Positions 54,329 through 62,950 of a DNA stretch of 64,000 nucleotides are shown piece after piece. The position numbers were made by a program, and so were the translations under genes. Each line of letters begins with the position of its first letter. The first letter of the stretch is position 1. The notes beneath the pieces were generated by a model. The model was given only the letters and a program-made list of their open reading frames with translations, was not told the DNA's origin and ran no database searches. The stretch covers positions 496,001 through 560,000 of the IMG/VR virus record IMGVR_UViG_3300046665_000548; one strand, written 5' to 3'.

Positions 54329-55422
54329 GGTTTTTTGAGGTAGCAAATCAGCAAAGAAACGTCATAGCTACAAAGCGATTTCGACAAGAAGCGGCTAAGT
54401 TCTGTCGCGGCTATCCCGGTCTAGATCGAGTTATCTCTGATTTCATCATGCACCGGTCGGTGCAAAATTCAGCACCATGGAAGAAAGATGCGCCGTTCGC
54501 TGGCGGTGACAAGAACGTGCGCGGCTTATGGCATGTTCATTTTTATCACGGGAAGGTCATCGGCATATACGATGTCACCCCGACTGAACTCCGACTGATT
54601 ACCGTTTGCGAGCACAGTGAATTTGATACGCCAAAGGCTGTACAGACATTAGGCAAATATTACCGGTCCCTTACGGCGGATGATTTCTCTCCATATCAGG
54701 TCTCGACCGAGGCAGCCGCGCCGCAGCTTACTGCGGATGAGCGATCCGAAATTTCGAATCTCATGTATGAGCTTGCCTCCGGTTCCGAGGAAGATCGCGC
54801 TATTCTGGTACAGGTTGCTAGTGGCAATAGCACCGGTTTCCTCCAATGGGCTCAGATGCTCATACAGGACGCTATGAGCCCCACACAGAAGGACGAAGCG
54901 GTTATGGCTGCCTTCGGTGGTCAGCCCGGCCTAGCCGCCTCAGCGGCCCGCGTATTGAAGGAATTGGGCCTTTCCGAGAGCGCGCAATTCGTGCGCCCGA
55001 ACCAGCAAGAAACACATCGTGAGCATGAAGAGGTTCACTACCAGTTGAACCATCACCAAGCCGATCATCCAGAGTGGGTCAACGACCACCTGCACCAGCT
55101 AAAGGACAGAAAGGCTTTCTACAAAGCCGTCCGTAATGGCAAGGTCTATAACGTCTCTCCGAGCGCGGCTCGCGCCATCAACAACACGGGCGATCACCAT
55201 ATGGACGTTCGTAAGGATGGCCAAGCGCACAAGATGGCCCGCGTCCAAAAGCAATTCAACAGTCCCGGCACGCAAATCACTACGCCGATTGTCCTGCACA
55301 ATAAGGCAACGGGAGAAAGGCATCTGCTGGCGGGTCATCATCGGTTGACGCACAACTCGCAAGTCCTGGGTAAAAATACCCAAGTGCTGCACTTGGAATA
55401 CCCTTCGCGAGATACCCACTAG
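54325..55422 (+). CDS. RelE/YafQ-like domain fused to ParB/Srx-like domain
   Basis: KDAPFAG...LWHVHF...IGIYDV...LRLITVCEHSEF; C-terminal TTPIVL...HLLAGHHRL. Confidence 0.6.
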   Translation: MRFFEVANQQRNVIATKRFRQEAAKFCRGYPGLDRVISDFIMHRSVQNSAPWKKDAPFAGGDKNVRGLWHVHFYHGKVIGIYDVTPTELRLITVCEHSEFDTPKAVQTLGKYYRSLTADDFSPYQVSTEAAAPQLTADERSEISNLMYELASGSEEDRAILVQVASGNSTGFLQWAQMLIQDAMSPTQKDEAVMAAFGGQPGLAASAARVLKELGLSESAQFVRPNQQETHREHEEVHYQLNHHQADHPEWVNDHLHQLKDRKAFYKAVRNGKVYNVSPSAARAINNTGDHHMDVRKDGQAHKMARVQKQFNSPGTQITTPIVLHNKATGERHLLAGHHRLTHNSQVLGKNTQVLHLEYPSRDTH

Positions 55423-55691
55423 CCCTCAATGTTGGTCGTTTTAGTATAGCGCAAGACGCACGCCAGCCACAGCACGTCCATCATAAGCATAAAGCAACAG
55501 CCAACCATGCTGAAAGGCTGATCTAGCCTGCTGTAATTCCACGCAGTCCAGATCGATAAAGCTCCGAAGATCAGTGGAGTCGCCGCATGGACCCCCTTTA
55601 CCTCTTTGAGACGGAACGACCGAACAATTGTCGGCACCATAATCATTGACGTTGCTACAAGAACCGCACCGTTAACTAGATCGACTGACAT
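55419..55691 (-). CDS. PQ-loop/SemiSWEET-like membrane protein
   Basis: Three TMs; VPTIVRSFRLKEVKGV. Confidence 0.6.
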   Translation of the reverse strand: MSVDLVNGAVLVATSMIMVPTIVRSFRLKEVKGVHAATPLIFGALSIWTAWNYSRLDQPFSMVGCCFMLMMDVLWLACVLRYTKTTNIEG

Positions 55692-55743
55692 CTATACTCT
55701 CCATGATCCCGCTAAATAATAGGTTATCGGTTTAGGGGTTGCA

Positions 55744-57177
55744 ATGTCCGTTATTCAAATTAGTAAGATTCAGATGCGCCGTGGGTTCGAGATCGACCTT
55801 CCGGGCGCTCCGATTACTCTTAATCCACCCACCTTTAATCCAGGACTCGACGTTGGTGAGTTCGGATATGCTATCGATAGCGGGCGGCTATTCATCGGCC
55901 ATGATCCGACTACTGGTATGCCGAATGATGAGCGCATCCAGTTTCCCTTCCAGAACGTAGAGGTTCTTACCGAAAACTCCGGAAATACTCTTCGTCGTAT
56001 TCACGAAGGCTTCCATCGGTTCATTGGCTCTGGTGGTTTCTTCCAGTCAACCCTGTCCAAGGTCGCATCGGCTTGGACGGATGTTTTGGTCCCGCAAACA
56101 AACGGCGACGTGATCCCGTTCCGAATTAACGGATCGTTCCTCACCGCAAATATCGAATACTTTGTTATGGACGTGAGCCAGAATCCTCTGCGCCAGGGTA
56201 CTCTTCGTATTCTCTCGCAAGCTGGTGCGTCAGAGACATTGATGATCGATGATTGTGTATCTGCACCTCGTTTGGACCTCGTTGCGGGCGACGCCGTTGA
56301 CCCAGAATTGGTCAACAGCAATGTAGAATTCCGCGTTGTGCGAATGGGTACGAACGTAGACCCTCATTTCCGTCTCCAGTATCAAAATATCGCCAACGTT
56401 GACTGCATGTTTTTCTTCAGCGTGCTTCGTCCTGTTATCATCGGGCCAGCAGAACCTTTCTTGGGTTCTGTCGGTGGTAACACTTCGGGAGGCAGTACAG
56501 GTGGCGGCGGAGATGGTGACTTTGGTGATGTGACCGTTCAAAAACTCACTGTCAACAGCAACAATCCAAGCACGATCAAGTCTCCTGGTACGTTGTATCT
56601 CGACGTTACAGGTCTAGTCCTTAAGAACGGCAATTTCTTGCCATCGGTATCCAACGCACAAGACATCGGTTCTTCGGTGCGTCCGTTTGGTTCGATCTAT
56701 GCATCGGACTTCAGCGGCAATGCTGCTTCTGCCAGCAAATTGACGACTGCTCGTGCCATCGTGTTGAGCGGCGACGTTACGGCTTCTCTGTCGTTCGATG
56801 GTAGTGCATCTCTAGTTGTCCCAGTCACTCTGAAAAATAGCGGAGTAACCGTAGGTAGCTGGTCCAAGGTCACAGTCGATCTTAAGGGCCGAGTAGTTGA
56901 TGCGACACATGCTCGCGTTGCTGACATCGCGAACCTTGGCTCGACCGTTTCTGGCGCGACGCATGATGATGACGATTTGCGCGCCATGCGGATGGCAGAG
57001 CAAATGCCTGATACTGGCACGTATAGTGCCGGTGATATGGTATTTTCAAAGGGAGCAACCGTATTTGGAGCTACAGGTTCTCAGTACACAATTCTTGGTT
57101 GGCGTCGTCTAACCAGCGGTTCTACTCACACTATAAACGACGATTGGGTAGAGATGCGAGTATCCACGGGGACCTAA
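55744..57177 (+). CDS. Virion structural/tail-fibre-related protein
   Basis: ISKIQMRRG...GEFGYAIDSGRLFIG (Mtd-N-like); LSGDVTASLSFDGSA fibre motif; late TAAATA. Confidence 0.7.
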   Translation: MSVIQISKIQMRRGFEIDLPGAPITLNPPTFNPGLDVGEFGYAIDSGRLFIGHDPTTGMPNDERIQFPFQNVEVLTENSGNTLRRIHEGFHRFIGSGGFFQSTLSKVASAWTDVLVPQTNGDVIPFRINGSFLTANIEYFVMDVSQNPLRQGTLRILSQAGASETLMIDDCVSAPRLDLVAGDAVDPELVNSNVEFRVVRMGTNVDPHFRLQYQNIANVDCMFFFSVLRPVIIGPAEPFLGSVGGNTSGGSTGGGGDGDFGDVTVQKLTVNSNNPSTIKSPGTLYLDVTGLVLKNGNFLPSVSNAQDIGSSVRPFGSIYASDFSGNAASASKLTTARAIVLSGDVTASLSFDGSASLVVPVTLKNSGVTVGSWSKVTVDLKGRVVDATHARVADIANLGSTVSGATHDDDDLRAMRMAEQMPDTGTYSAGDMVFSKGATVFGATGSQYTILGWRRLTSGSTHTINDDWVEMRVSTGT

Positions 57178-57178
57178 T

Positions 57179-59080
57179 ATGCGTTATATTGTTGCCATTA
57201 ATAGAGACGCTAGTCCTGCCGATTTCCTTGCCGAATTAGCTAGCCGTGGCATCGAGGTAACGACTGATTTTCAGGGTCTCACTACATATTTCGAAGTAGA
57301 GGCTGATCCCGATCAGAAGCTCGACATTGAAGCATTACCTTCAGTGGTGGTCATGACTCGATCTGATACTGAAGTCAGCTTGCAAGCAAAACAGAATATT
57401 GGTTTGGACTTTGATACGTTGCCTACACCATATGTGAGCTTCGGTCGCCCATGGCATGGTAACTGGGGCTTGTGGCGCATTGCTAACGCGGAAAACACAA
57501 TTAAGTCTCAGCCGCCTGTGGGTACTCCAAACGTTCAATATACCTATTCGCGAGATGGTTCTAACGTTGACATCTACGTCGTAGATTCTGGCACCTATTG
57601 GTCGTCGTCACTTGGCGGCGGAGGTTCTTTACTTGGTAGAAATTCCCCGCCTACTAAGAAGGGCCAGAGAATTTTTCCTCTCTATGATTTCTATCGTCAG
57701 TCATCCGATCCTCTTTATGGTTCGTGCGTCGGTGGTATCAATCACGGCGAAATCTGTGCGGCGTTTACTGGCGGGTTGATGCAAGGCCCGGCTCGCGGAG
57801 CCCGCATTTACGTATCGCGCTGCTTTAACTCATCTTCAAGCACAAGTTCCGCTGTGGCACATGCCATGGACGCATGTGTTCTGCACCACCGACTGAAGAA
57901 GCTCTATGGCGTCAATCGCCCATCCATTGTCTCGATGAGCTTTGGTGGAGACGATAACAGCCAAATTCCAGCGCTTGATGCAATGATCCAAGAAGGTATG
58001 GTCATCGTAACTTCGGCTGGTAATGATGGAATGAATCTGAGCGACATAACGCTTTATCCTGCAAACTATGAGCCCGGCATCACCGTTGGCGCGACAGGCA
58101 TCCAGGATGAATGGGCGTTTTTCTCCAATTACGGATCGAACATCGACATCTTCGCTCCAGGCCGCCGTCTCCCTGGATTTGTGAATGAAGAAACATCAGG
58201 CACCACTAATCTGGTTAGCGGAACGAGCTTCGCGGCCCCGTTTGTTGCTGGTGTGGCCGCTCTTCACCTACAAGATTCCGCCATTGGTACGGACTCCTCA
58301 ACACAAAACGCTGTTCGTGGCTGGCTGGTAGATAACGCTTTTCGTGATCAGATTGATTTCGGAACAGATATTGATTCTTCGACAACGCCTAATCTTCTCT
58401 TGAATAGCTTCTACACCAGTGTCAGCGGTAGCATTACTTGGATCGGCCCTGGATATAACGCAGCAGCGCCCTTTGAGGCGGGCACATTGACCAGTTTCAC
58501 TGGCGTTAAATGCCAAGCTACGGCTTCTACTAATCAGACTGTTAAGTTCGAGCTTGCTGGTGGCGTACTTCCGTGGGGTATTGTCCTCAGCACCGATGGC
58601 ACCTTCAACGGCACACCTGAGCCAAAGGCAAACTCGGTCAGGGACATGGTGACGATCCGAGCGTACGTTGACGCCGAGAATGGTCAGCCAGCTTTGGAGC
58701 AATATCATAGCTTCTGGCATCAACTTCCAGCAAGCACCTCGATTACGGTTGAGAAGCTTCGCTGGCTCACGCAGGCCCGCCTTACGTCGATTCTTCTCGG
58801 CTTCCCGTATGTTCACCAGGAACTGCGCGCGGAAATTAACATTGGAGGATCGATAGAGTATGATCTGAACAGTGGTGTTCTTCCTACTGGCCTCACGCTT
58901 GATAGCAGCGGCACTCTTTACGGAGAACCAACTGAAGCAGGTACATTTGTTTTTGAGGTCGCCGCCAAGGGACCGTCGAATACTCAAGTTACCCGTGAAT
59001 TCACGTGGAAAGTTTTAGGTCATTACGAGGTCATTGTTGACGGCCCAGTGGAATTCTCTGGAGCCATCGAGCTTAACTGA
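57179..59080 (+). CDS. Subtilisin-like S8 serine protease with Ig-like C-terminal domains
   Basis: YVVDSG (D), NHGEIC (H), SAGN, GTSFAAP (S); LPWGIVLSTDGTFNGTP and LPTGLTLDSSGTLYGEP repeats. Confidence 0.9.
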   Translation: MRYIVAINRDASPADFLAELASRGIEVTTDFQGLTTYFEVEADPDQKLDIEALPSVVVMTRSDTEVSLQAKQNIGLDFDTLPTPYVSFGRPWHGNWGLWRIANAENTIKSQPPVGTPNVQYTYSRDGSNVDIYVVDSGTYWSSSLGGGGSLLGRNSPPTKKGQRIFPLYDFYRQSSDPLYGSCVGGINHGEICAAFTGGLMQGPARGARIYVSRCFNSSSSTSSAVAHAMDACVLHHRLKKLYGVNRPSIVSMSFGGDDNSQIPALDAMIQEGMVIVTSAGNDGMNLSDITLYPANYEPGITVGATGIQDEWAFFSNYGSNIDIFAPGRRLPGFVNEETSGTTNLVSGTSFAAPFVAGVAALHLQDSAIGTDSSTQNAVRGWLVDNAFRDQIDFGTDIDSSTTPNLLLNSFYTSVSGSITWIGPGYNAAAPFEAGTLTSFTGVKCQATASTNQTVKFELAGGVLPWGIVLSTDGTFNGTPEPKANSVRDMVTIRAYVDAENGQPALEQYHSFWHQLPASTSITVEKLRWLTQARLTSILLGFPYVHQELRAEINIGGSIEYDLNSGVLPTGLTLDSSGTLYGEPTEAGTFVFEVAAKGPSNTQVTREFTWKVLGHYEVIVDGPVEFSGAIELN

Positions 59081-59088
59081 GGATAAAG

Positions 59089-59565
59089 ATGAATCCGTTT
59101 CTCACCTCTCCTCGCGAGAGGTTGTCGCTGTGGAAGACATTGCGGTCTTCCCTGGCAAGTATGCCCGAAGAAGAACAGCTTGCCGTCGTGGCGAAATATT
59201 GGGCTCAAGCTCCTCTTCATAAGTTCGCATACGATGCTGAGAAGCCAAATACTTGGCCATCTCCGTGGGAGATGATCAGCGAAGGCGAATGGTGTGCGCG
59301 CTCAGTAGCTATCGGCATCGAGTTCACTTTGCGTCTTGGTGGTTGGAATCCTGATCGCATCTCTTTGCATCTGATCAGAGACCTGGATCGATCCGACATG
59401 CTGTTCGTCGTAGAAATTGACGGCAAATACTATCTAAACTACGATCACGGTCTTGTCTCAACAGTACCAAATACTAAAAGAGATTTTGTTTGTTCATGGA
59501 AATTCAACGGTAAGTCTTACCGAGAAAGTCATTTTGATATTACCAACCATTATTCAAGCGGATAA
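59089..59565 (+). CDS. Hypothetical phage protein
   Basis: 158 aa; WPSPWEMI. Confidence 0.8.
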   Translation: MNPFLTSPRERLSLWKTLRSSLASMPEEEQLAVVAKYWAQAPLHKFAYDAEKPNTWPSPWEMISEGEWCARSVAIGIEFTLRLGGWNPDRISLHLIRDLDRSDMLFVVEIDGKYYLNYDHGLVSTVPNTKRDFVCSWKFNGKSYRESHFDITNHYSSG

Positions 59566-59851
59566 GCGGGAAGTTCTCGCCCGTTACCAGTTCTCCAATG
59601 GTCGTTTCATGATGGATAGCATATCCAGACGAACATGGATTGTTAATAATCTGAAACACCAAGTACCGACACGTGATCGAGGCGATAGCCTTGGTGAACC
59701 GGTCGATTTGGAAGATATCAAAGATTTCCTAAACAATAACTGTAACGGATATTGGTCCACCCTTTTTCAGGGCGACGGTCGAGGACGAACTCGTGTTTAC
59801 TTGTTCGAGAAAGAAAATGATGCAATACATTTCAAGCTACGGTTTATTTGA
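59453..59851 (+). CDS. Hypothetical protein, FKL family (start probably later)
   Basis: Ends VYLFEKENDAIHFKLRFI. Confidence 0.6.
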   Translation: MSQQYQILKEILFVHGNSTVSLTEKVILILPTIIQADKREVLARYQFSNGRFMMDSISRRTWIVNNLKHQVPTRDRGDSLGEPVDLEDIKDFLNNNCNGYWSTLFQGDGRGRTRVYLFEKENDAIHFKLRFI

Positions 59852-60306
59852 TGAAGATTAGTGAAGTAGAAAAGAAGCCAACCGGTACCTATGCTGCGGT
59901 TCGTTTCTCTGAAGATACAATTGATAGATTGCGTGACCTCCAGGACGATCTAAGCGTTCCAAATCCATTGGACCCAGACGACTTCCACACTACAATCGTG
60001 CATTCTAAAAAGCCCATCGATTGGGAAGATAAAGATTGTGATGACATCGAAGCAAAACCGCTTCGATTGGAAAAGTGGAAGACACGATCAGACAGCTACT
60101 GTCTCGTGCTACTCATCGACTGTCCTTATCTCCATGAGCGTTTTGAAAAGTCCATGGACATGGGGGCTCTGTATGATTTCCCCGACTACAAGCCACACAT
60201 CAGTCTATCGTATGATGTTGGTAAAGACTTTGACATTGGCTCTCCTGAACTGGATTTTGCAATACAGTTGGACCACGAGTACAGTGAACCTCTCGATCTG
60301 AACTGA
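59851..60306 (+). CDS. 2H phosphoesterase, Acb1/T4 57B-like anti-CBASS nuclease
   Basis: GTYAAVRFS...VPNPL...FHTTIVHS...GALYDFPDYKPHISLSY...EYSEPLDL; two HxT/S motifs. Confidence 0.88.
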   Translation: MKISEVEKKPTGTYAAVRFSEDTIDRLRDLQDDLSVPNPLDPDDFHTTIVHSKKPIDWEDKDCDDIEAKPLRLEKWKTRSDSYCLVLLIDCPYLHERFEKSMDMGALYDFPDYKPHISLSYDVGKDFDIGSPELDFAIQLDHEYSEPLDLN

Positions 60307-60400
60307 CAGTTTATTAACTTCAGAGAGTCTTTTCTGAGCCGATTTTTTCGGCTGATGGCTGGCCTAAATACCAGCCCTCAACAGAAAGACAGATTATTTA

Positions 60401-62848
60401 ATGGATAGGATAATGATGAACTACGTCACCAAAAGGGACGGCTCTAAGGCTAACCTTGATCTCGATAAATTTCACAAGGTAGTTTTTTGGGCAACGGAAG
60501 GGCTCTCTGGGGTGAGCGCAAGTGAGGTGGAAATCCGCTCACAACTCCAATTCTACGATGGCATCAAGACCACCGACATTCAAGAAACACTAATCAAGGC
60601 CGCTGCCGACCTTATCACCGAAGAAGCACCGAACTATCAGTACGTTGCGGGTCGCCTCGTAAACTATCAGCTTCGCAAGGAAGTTTACGAGCGCTTTCAG
60701 CCGTATCGTCTATTCGATCTGATCAAGATCAACGTCGAGAAGGGCTTCTATGATCCTTCGCTGCTCACCACTTACACTGAAGCGGAATGGGACGAGATCA
60801 ATGATTTCGTAAACCATGAGCGCGACATGTCACTGTCGTACGTCGCAATGGAGCAGATGCGCGGCAAGTATCTTGTTCAACATCGCGTTACTGGAGCAAT
60901 CCTGGAGACGCCGCAGATTCTCTACATCCTCGTCGCCGCAGTTCTTTTCGGATCGTACCCGAAAGAGACACGTCTTCGCTGGGTGAAGGACTACTATGAT
61001 TCGATCTCCAAGCATGAGATCAGTCTTCCGACTCCAATCATGGCCGGTGTTCGCACAAGCAAGCGTCAGTTCTCTTCGTGCACACTGATTGAATGTGATG
61101 ATTCGCTGAAGAGCATCAACGCGACATCTGCTGCTATTGTTGACTACGTGTCGAACCGTGCCGGTATCGGTATTGGTGGTGGTCGTATCCGCGCGCTAGG
61201 CTCTCCTATCCGTCAGGGCGATGCATCCCACACAGGCGTCACCCCGTTCTTCAAACTGTTCCAGGCAGGCGTAAACTCTTGCAACCAAGGCGGTATTCGC
61301 AAGGGATCAGCGACGCTCTATTACCCGATTTGGCATCTTGAAATCGAGAACATGCTCGTCCTCAAGAACAACAAAGGCGTAGAAGAAAATCGCGTCCGTC
61401 ACATGGACTACGGCGTACAGTTCAACAAATTGTTCTACGAGCGTTTGATCCAGGGCGGAGACATCACGTTGTTCTCTCCAAACGATGTTCCGGAGATGTA
61501 CGAAGCGTTCTTTGCTGACTATGAAAAGTTCAAGAACCTTTACGAGACCGCCGAACGCAACACTCGTCTACGCAAGAAGAAGCTGAAGGCCGTTGATCTA
61601 TTCTCTTCGTTTATGCAAGAGCGAAAGGATACAGGCCGTATCTACCTGATGAATGTGGACAACGCGAATCAGCATTCGTCGTTTGACGAAACTGTAGCTC
61701 CCATTCGCATGTCTAACCTCTGCTGCGAGATTAACCTCACGACGGTCCCGATGGGGACGGTCCGAACTGAGAACGCTACAATCCCGGTATCTGCTCTTTC
61801 CGACTATATGCTTTCAGCAAGCGCAACGGAGAAGCAGGTAAAGGTGCTCGCGCAGCATGCCCGCGATGGTGCCGAGACTATGGTCGATATTGAGACCACT
61901 GAGGACGCCTCGCGCATCGCTCTGTGCACGCTTTCTGCGATCAACTGGGGTGTCATCAAGTCGAAGCATGATTTCGAACGTATCGCCCGCCTAGCGGTTC
62001 GTGCGCTTGATGCTCTGCTCGATTATCAGGAATACCCTGTTCGTGCTGCTCGTATGCACTCGATGGAGTATCGCCCGCTCGGTATCGGCATCATCAACTT
62101 TGCATACTTCCTTGCCAAGCATGGTGTTCGTTACACAGACGGTTCTGCTCTCGCTATTGTCGATGAGTACGCTGAAGCCTGGAGCTACTATCTGATCAAG
62201 GCATCGGTAGAACTCGCAAAGGAACAGGGCGCATGCCCGCTCGCCAAGAATACCAAGTATGGGCAGGGCATCGTCCCGGTCGATACTCGTAAGCGTGACG
62301 TGGACGGTCTAGTTCCGCATCAAGAACGTCTTGATTGGGATGGCCTGCGCGCTGATCTGAAGACCTACGGCATTCGCAACGCCACTCTTATGGCGATCAT
62401 GCCAGCCGAGACTTCTGCGCAGATCGCAAATGCCACTAACGGCATCGAGCCGCCACGTGCATACATCTCGGTCAAACAGAGCAAGCATGGCGTTCTGAAG
62501 CAGGTTGTTCCGGAATTCCGTCGCCTGAAGAACAAGTACGAGCTTCTGTGGGATCACAAGAGCCCAGAAGGTTATCTTCAGCTTTGCGCCGTACTACAGA
62601 AATACATCGACCAGGGTATTTCGGTGAATACGACGTACAATCCTCGCTTCTATCCAGATGAACAAGTTCCGATGTCAGTAATGCTCAAGGATATGCTGAC
62701 GTTCTACAAGTTCGGTGGAAAGCAATTGTACTATCTGAACACGAATGACGGTGCTGGTGAAATCGATGTCCATAAGCTCGCTGAGAACCAGCAGGCCGAG
62801 GACACGGCGGAACTCGAAGAAGAAAATTGCGAAGCCTGCACAATCTGA
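60401..62848 (+). CDS. nrdA: Class Ia ribonucleotide reductase alpha subunit with ATP-cone
   Basis: VTKRDG, RQFSSC, SNLCCEI, IALCTL, MPAETSA, YY, terminal CEAC. Confidence 0.97.
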   Translation: MDRIMMNYVTKRDGSKANLDLDKFHKVVFWATEGLSGVSASEVEIRSQLQFYDGIKTTDIQETLIKAAADLITEEAPNYQYVAGRLVNYQLRKEVYERFQPYRLFDLIKINVEKGFYDPSLLTTYTEAEWDEINDFVNHERDMSLSYVAMEQMRGKYLVQHRVTGAILETPQILYILVAAVLFGSYPKETRLRWVKDYYDSISKHEISLPTPIMAGVRTSKRQFSSCTLIECDDSLKSINATSAAIVDYVSNRAGIGIGGGRIRALGSPIRQGDASHTGVTPFFKLFQAGVNSCNQGGIRKGSATLYYPIWHLEIENMLVLKNNKGVEENRVRHMDYGVQFNKLFYERLIQGGDITLFSPNDVPEMYEAFFADYEKFKNLYETAERNTRLRKKKLKAVDLFSSFMQERKDTGRIYLMNVDNANQHSSFDETVAPIRMSNLCCEINLTTVPMGTVRTENATIPVSALSDYMLSASATEKQVKVLAQHARDGAETMVDIETTEDASRIALCTLSAINWGVIKSKHDFERIARLAVRALDALLDYQEYPVRAARMHSMEYRPLGIGIINFAYFLAKHGVRYTDGSALAIVDEYAEAWSYYLIKASVELAKEQGACPLAKNTKYGQGIVPVDTRKRDVDGLVPHQERLDWDGLRADLKTYGIRNATLMAIMPAETSAQIANATNGIEPPRAYISVKQSKHGVLKQVVPEFRRLKNKYELLWDHKSPEGYLQLCAVLQKYIDQGISVNTTYNPRFYPDEQVPMSVMLKDMLTFYKFGGKQLYYLNTNDGAGEIDVHKLAENQQAEDTAELEEENCEACTI

Positions 62849-62854
62849 TCCGAA

Positions 62855-62883
62855 CAAGGGGGCTCAGGCCCCCTTGCTTTTCT
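62855..62883 (+). terminator. Terminator-like hairpin between nrdA and nrdB
   Basis: CAAGGGGGC/GCCCCCTTG plus CTTTTT. Confidence 0.55.
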
Positions 62884-62950
62884 GGGTTGATCGCCCACCA
62901 TGCATGTGCCAAAAGCCATGAGCCACCGAACCAGTTTCAGTAGGAAATAA

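Noticed and set aside
62901-62950. Short ORF MHVPKAMSHRTSFSRK between nrdA and nrdB as a possible leader peptide
   Set aside because: No SD, no codon run and no downstream terminator; likely chance.
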